From a virus: a stretch of 64,000 nt of DNA. A program made the position numbers and the translations under genes. The notes under the pieces were generated by a model. That model was not told the DNA's origin. It worked only from the letters and a program-made list of their open reading frames with translations, and ran no database searches. Shown here one piece after another: positions 63,166-64,000 of the stretch (position 1 is the first letter of the stretch; every line of letters begins with the position of its first letter). The stretch is from positions 36,456 to 100,455 of IMG/VR virus record IMGVR_UViG_3300034175_000062; one strand, given 5' to 3'.

Positions 63166-63402
63166 TTAGTAGCCTCGACGATCAATGACTTTCAGTGCAG
63201 AGCCTGGTGGAAGTATAGCTACGATATGACGTTGATCGATCATACACCCACCCTTCAGGTAGACATGGCGAAGATAGCTACCGCGATATCGATATTCAAA
63301 CTTACGAACATTGATAACTTCATCTGACCAATGGCGATTTGAACCATCGACTCTCCAGATAACGATATCGCTGACCTTAGGCTTCAACCATATCTTAGAC
63401 AT
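63166..63402 (-). CDS. Hypothetical protein
   Basis: AGGTG RBS. Confidence 0.65.
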   Translation of the reverse strand: MSKIWLKPKVSDIVIWRVDGSNRHWSDEVINVRKFEYRYRGSYLRHVYLKGGCMIDQRHIVAILPPGSALKVIDRRGY

Positions 63403-63443
63403 AAGCGTTCACCTTTTGTTCTTTTTGTTTTTCCCTCATCATT

Positions 63444-63683
63444 TCAGGCGGGAGCAACATTGAGTAGCGCAATGCCCTTGTCCGACAGAAACCAGAGCGT
63501 AAGGTTACTGTTCCAGTGTCCCATGCGCATCATAACGACTAGACCCTTCTTCTTCAGACCGTTCATCGCCTTAGCTGGTGGATGACCCTCAAAGTCGGTA
63601 AGAAAGCCATAGGGATGACGAGCTGCGACCTGTAGTAGCAACGTCATCTTCTTGCCGTTCTTCTTGAGCTTACCTTTTGCCAT
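63444..63683 (-). CDS. Possible winged-helix protein
   Basis: L.KKGLV...LSDKG pattern; start reassigned. Confidence 0.6.
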   Translation of the reverse strand: MAKGKLKKNGKKMTLLLQVAARHPYGFLTDFEGHPPAKAMNGLKKKGLVVMMRMGHWNSNLTLWFLSDKGIALLNVAPA

Positions 63684-64000
63684 TCGCCATCTTCCATGCT
63701 GGGAGCGTCTGAGACATAAAGTCATCGATCTGCTGGATCAACGAGGCGACCTGCAGCTTGATGTTCTCGATAGTTTCAAGGAGCATCGTGCCGATCTGAT
63801 GTGACCCTTGCATACTCTGCGCTCGCTTTAAAGCTATCGAAGAATTCGTCTGGTCTGGCATATGTTGAGCGACGACTAGCAGCGATGCGTAGTCGAGTTG
63901 GAGATCACGGACCTCTGGCTTATAGTTCGTCGCGATAGTAACGGTCTCATCGACTAACGCCATCAGCTCAGACCTACACTTAGTAAGCATCGCTTCGTAG
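63670..64000 (-). CDS. Hypothetical protein (5' end may lie outside window)
   Basis: Helical ORF open to window edge. Confidence 0.6.
   Translation of the reverse strand, partial: YEAMLTKCRSELMALVDETVTIATNYKPEVRDLQLDYASLLVVAQHMPDQTNSSIALKRAQSMQGSHQIGTMLLETIENIKLQVASLIQQIDDFMSQTLPAWKMANGKR

Overview
64 kb of a lytic T4-like (Tevenvirinae/Kyanoviridae-style) myophage. The host is probably an alphaproteobacterium (Sphingomonadales/Caulobacterales-like), inferred from a permuted two-piece tmRNA and a PEPxxWA-CTERM gene. (1) 0.7-16 kb: a leftward early array of about 45 small ORFs split into about 24 cassettes by a repeated sigma70 promoter/RBS element. About ten rightward antisense promoters are also present, most of them back-to-back with a leftward one in a hairpin. 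The array also carries several structured non-coding RNA candidates, an unannotated 44-aa ArfA-like ORF and a PEP-CTERM protein. (2) 16-21.7 kb, rightward: AAA ATPase, HAD plus PRTase pair, DUF3307-like protein. (3) 21.7-39.6 kb: Gly-rich/collagen fibres, 2OG-Fe(II)-like oxygenase, DNA ligase and T4 baseplate/tail genes (gp25, split gp5, hub, gp53, gp48, gp4, gp2, gp54, gp26 with a predicted -1 frameshift into gp51, lysozyme-bearing hub/tape-measure protein). (4) 39.6-64 kb, leftward: gp32, NAMPT and NMNAT-Nudix (each preceded by the same covarying RNA leader), gp59, gp33, a degenerate tRNA-Arg, tmRNA, HNH, ParB-like, DUF932, exonuclease, PhoH, RNase H, glycosyltransferase, SpeD-like, nucleotidase, RlpA and glutaredoxin. 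All calls are from motif recognition and base-pairing by eye; no searches were run.
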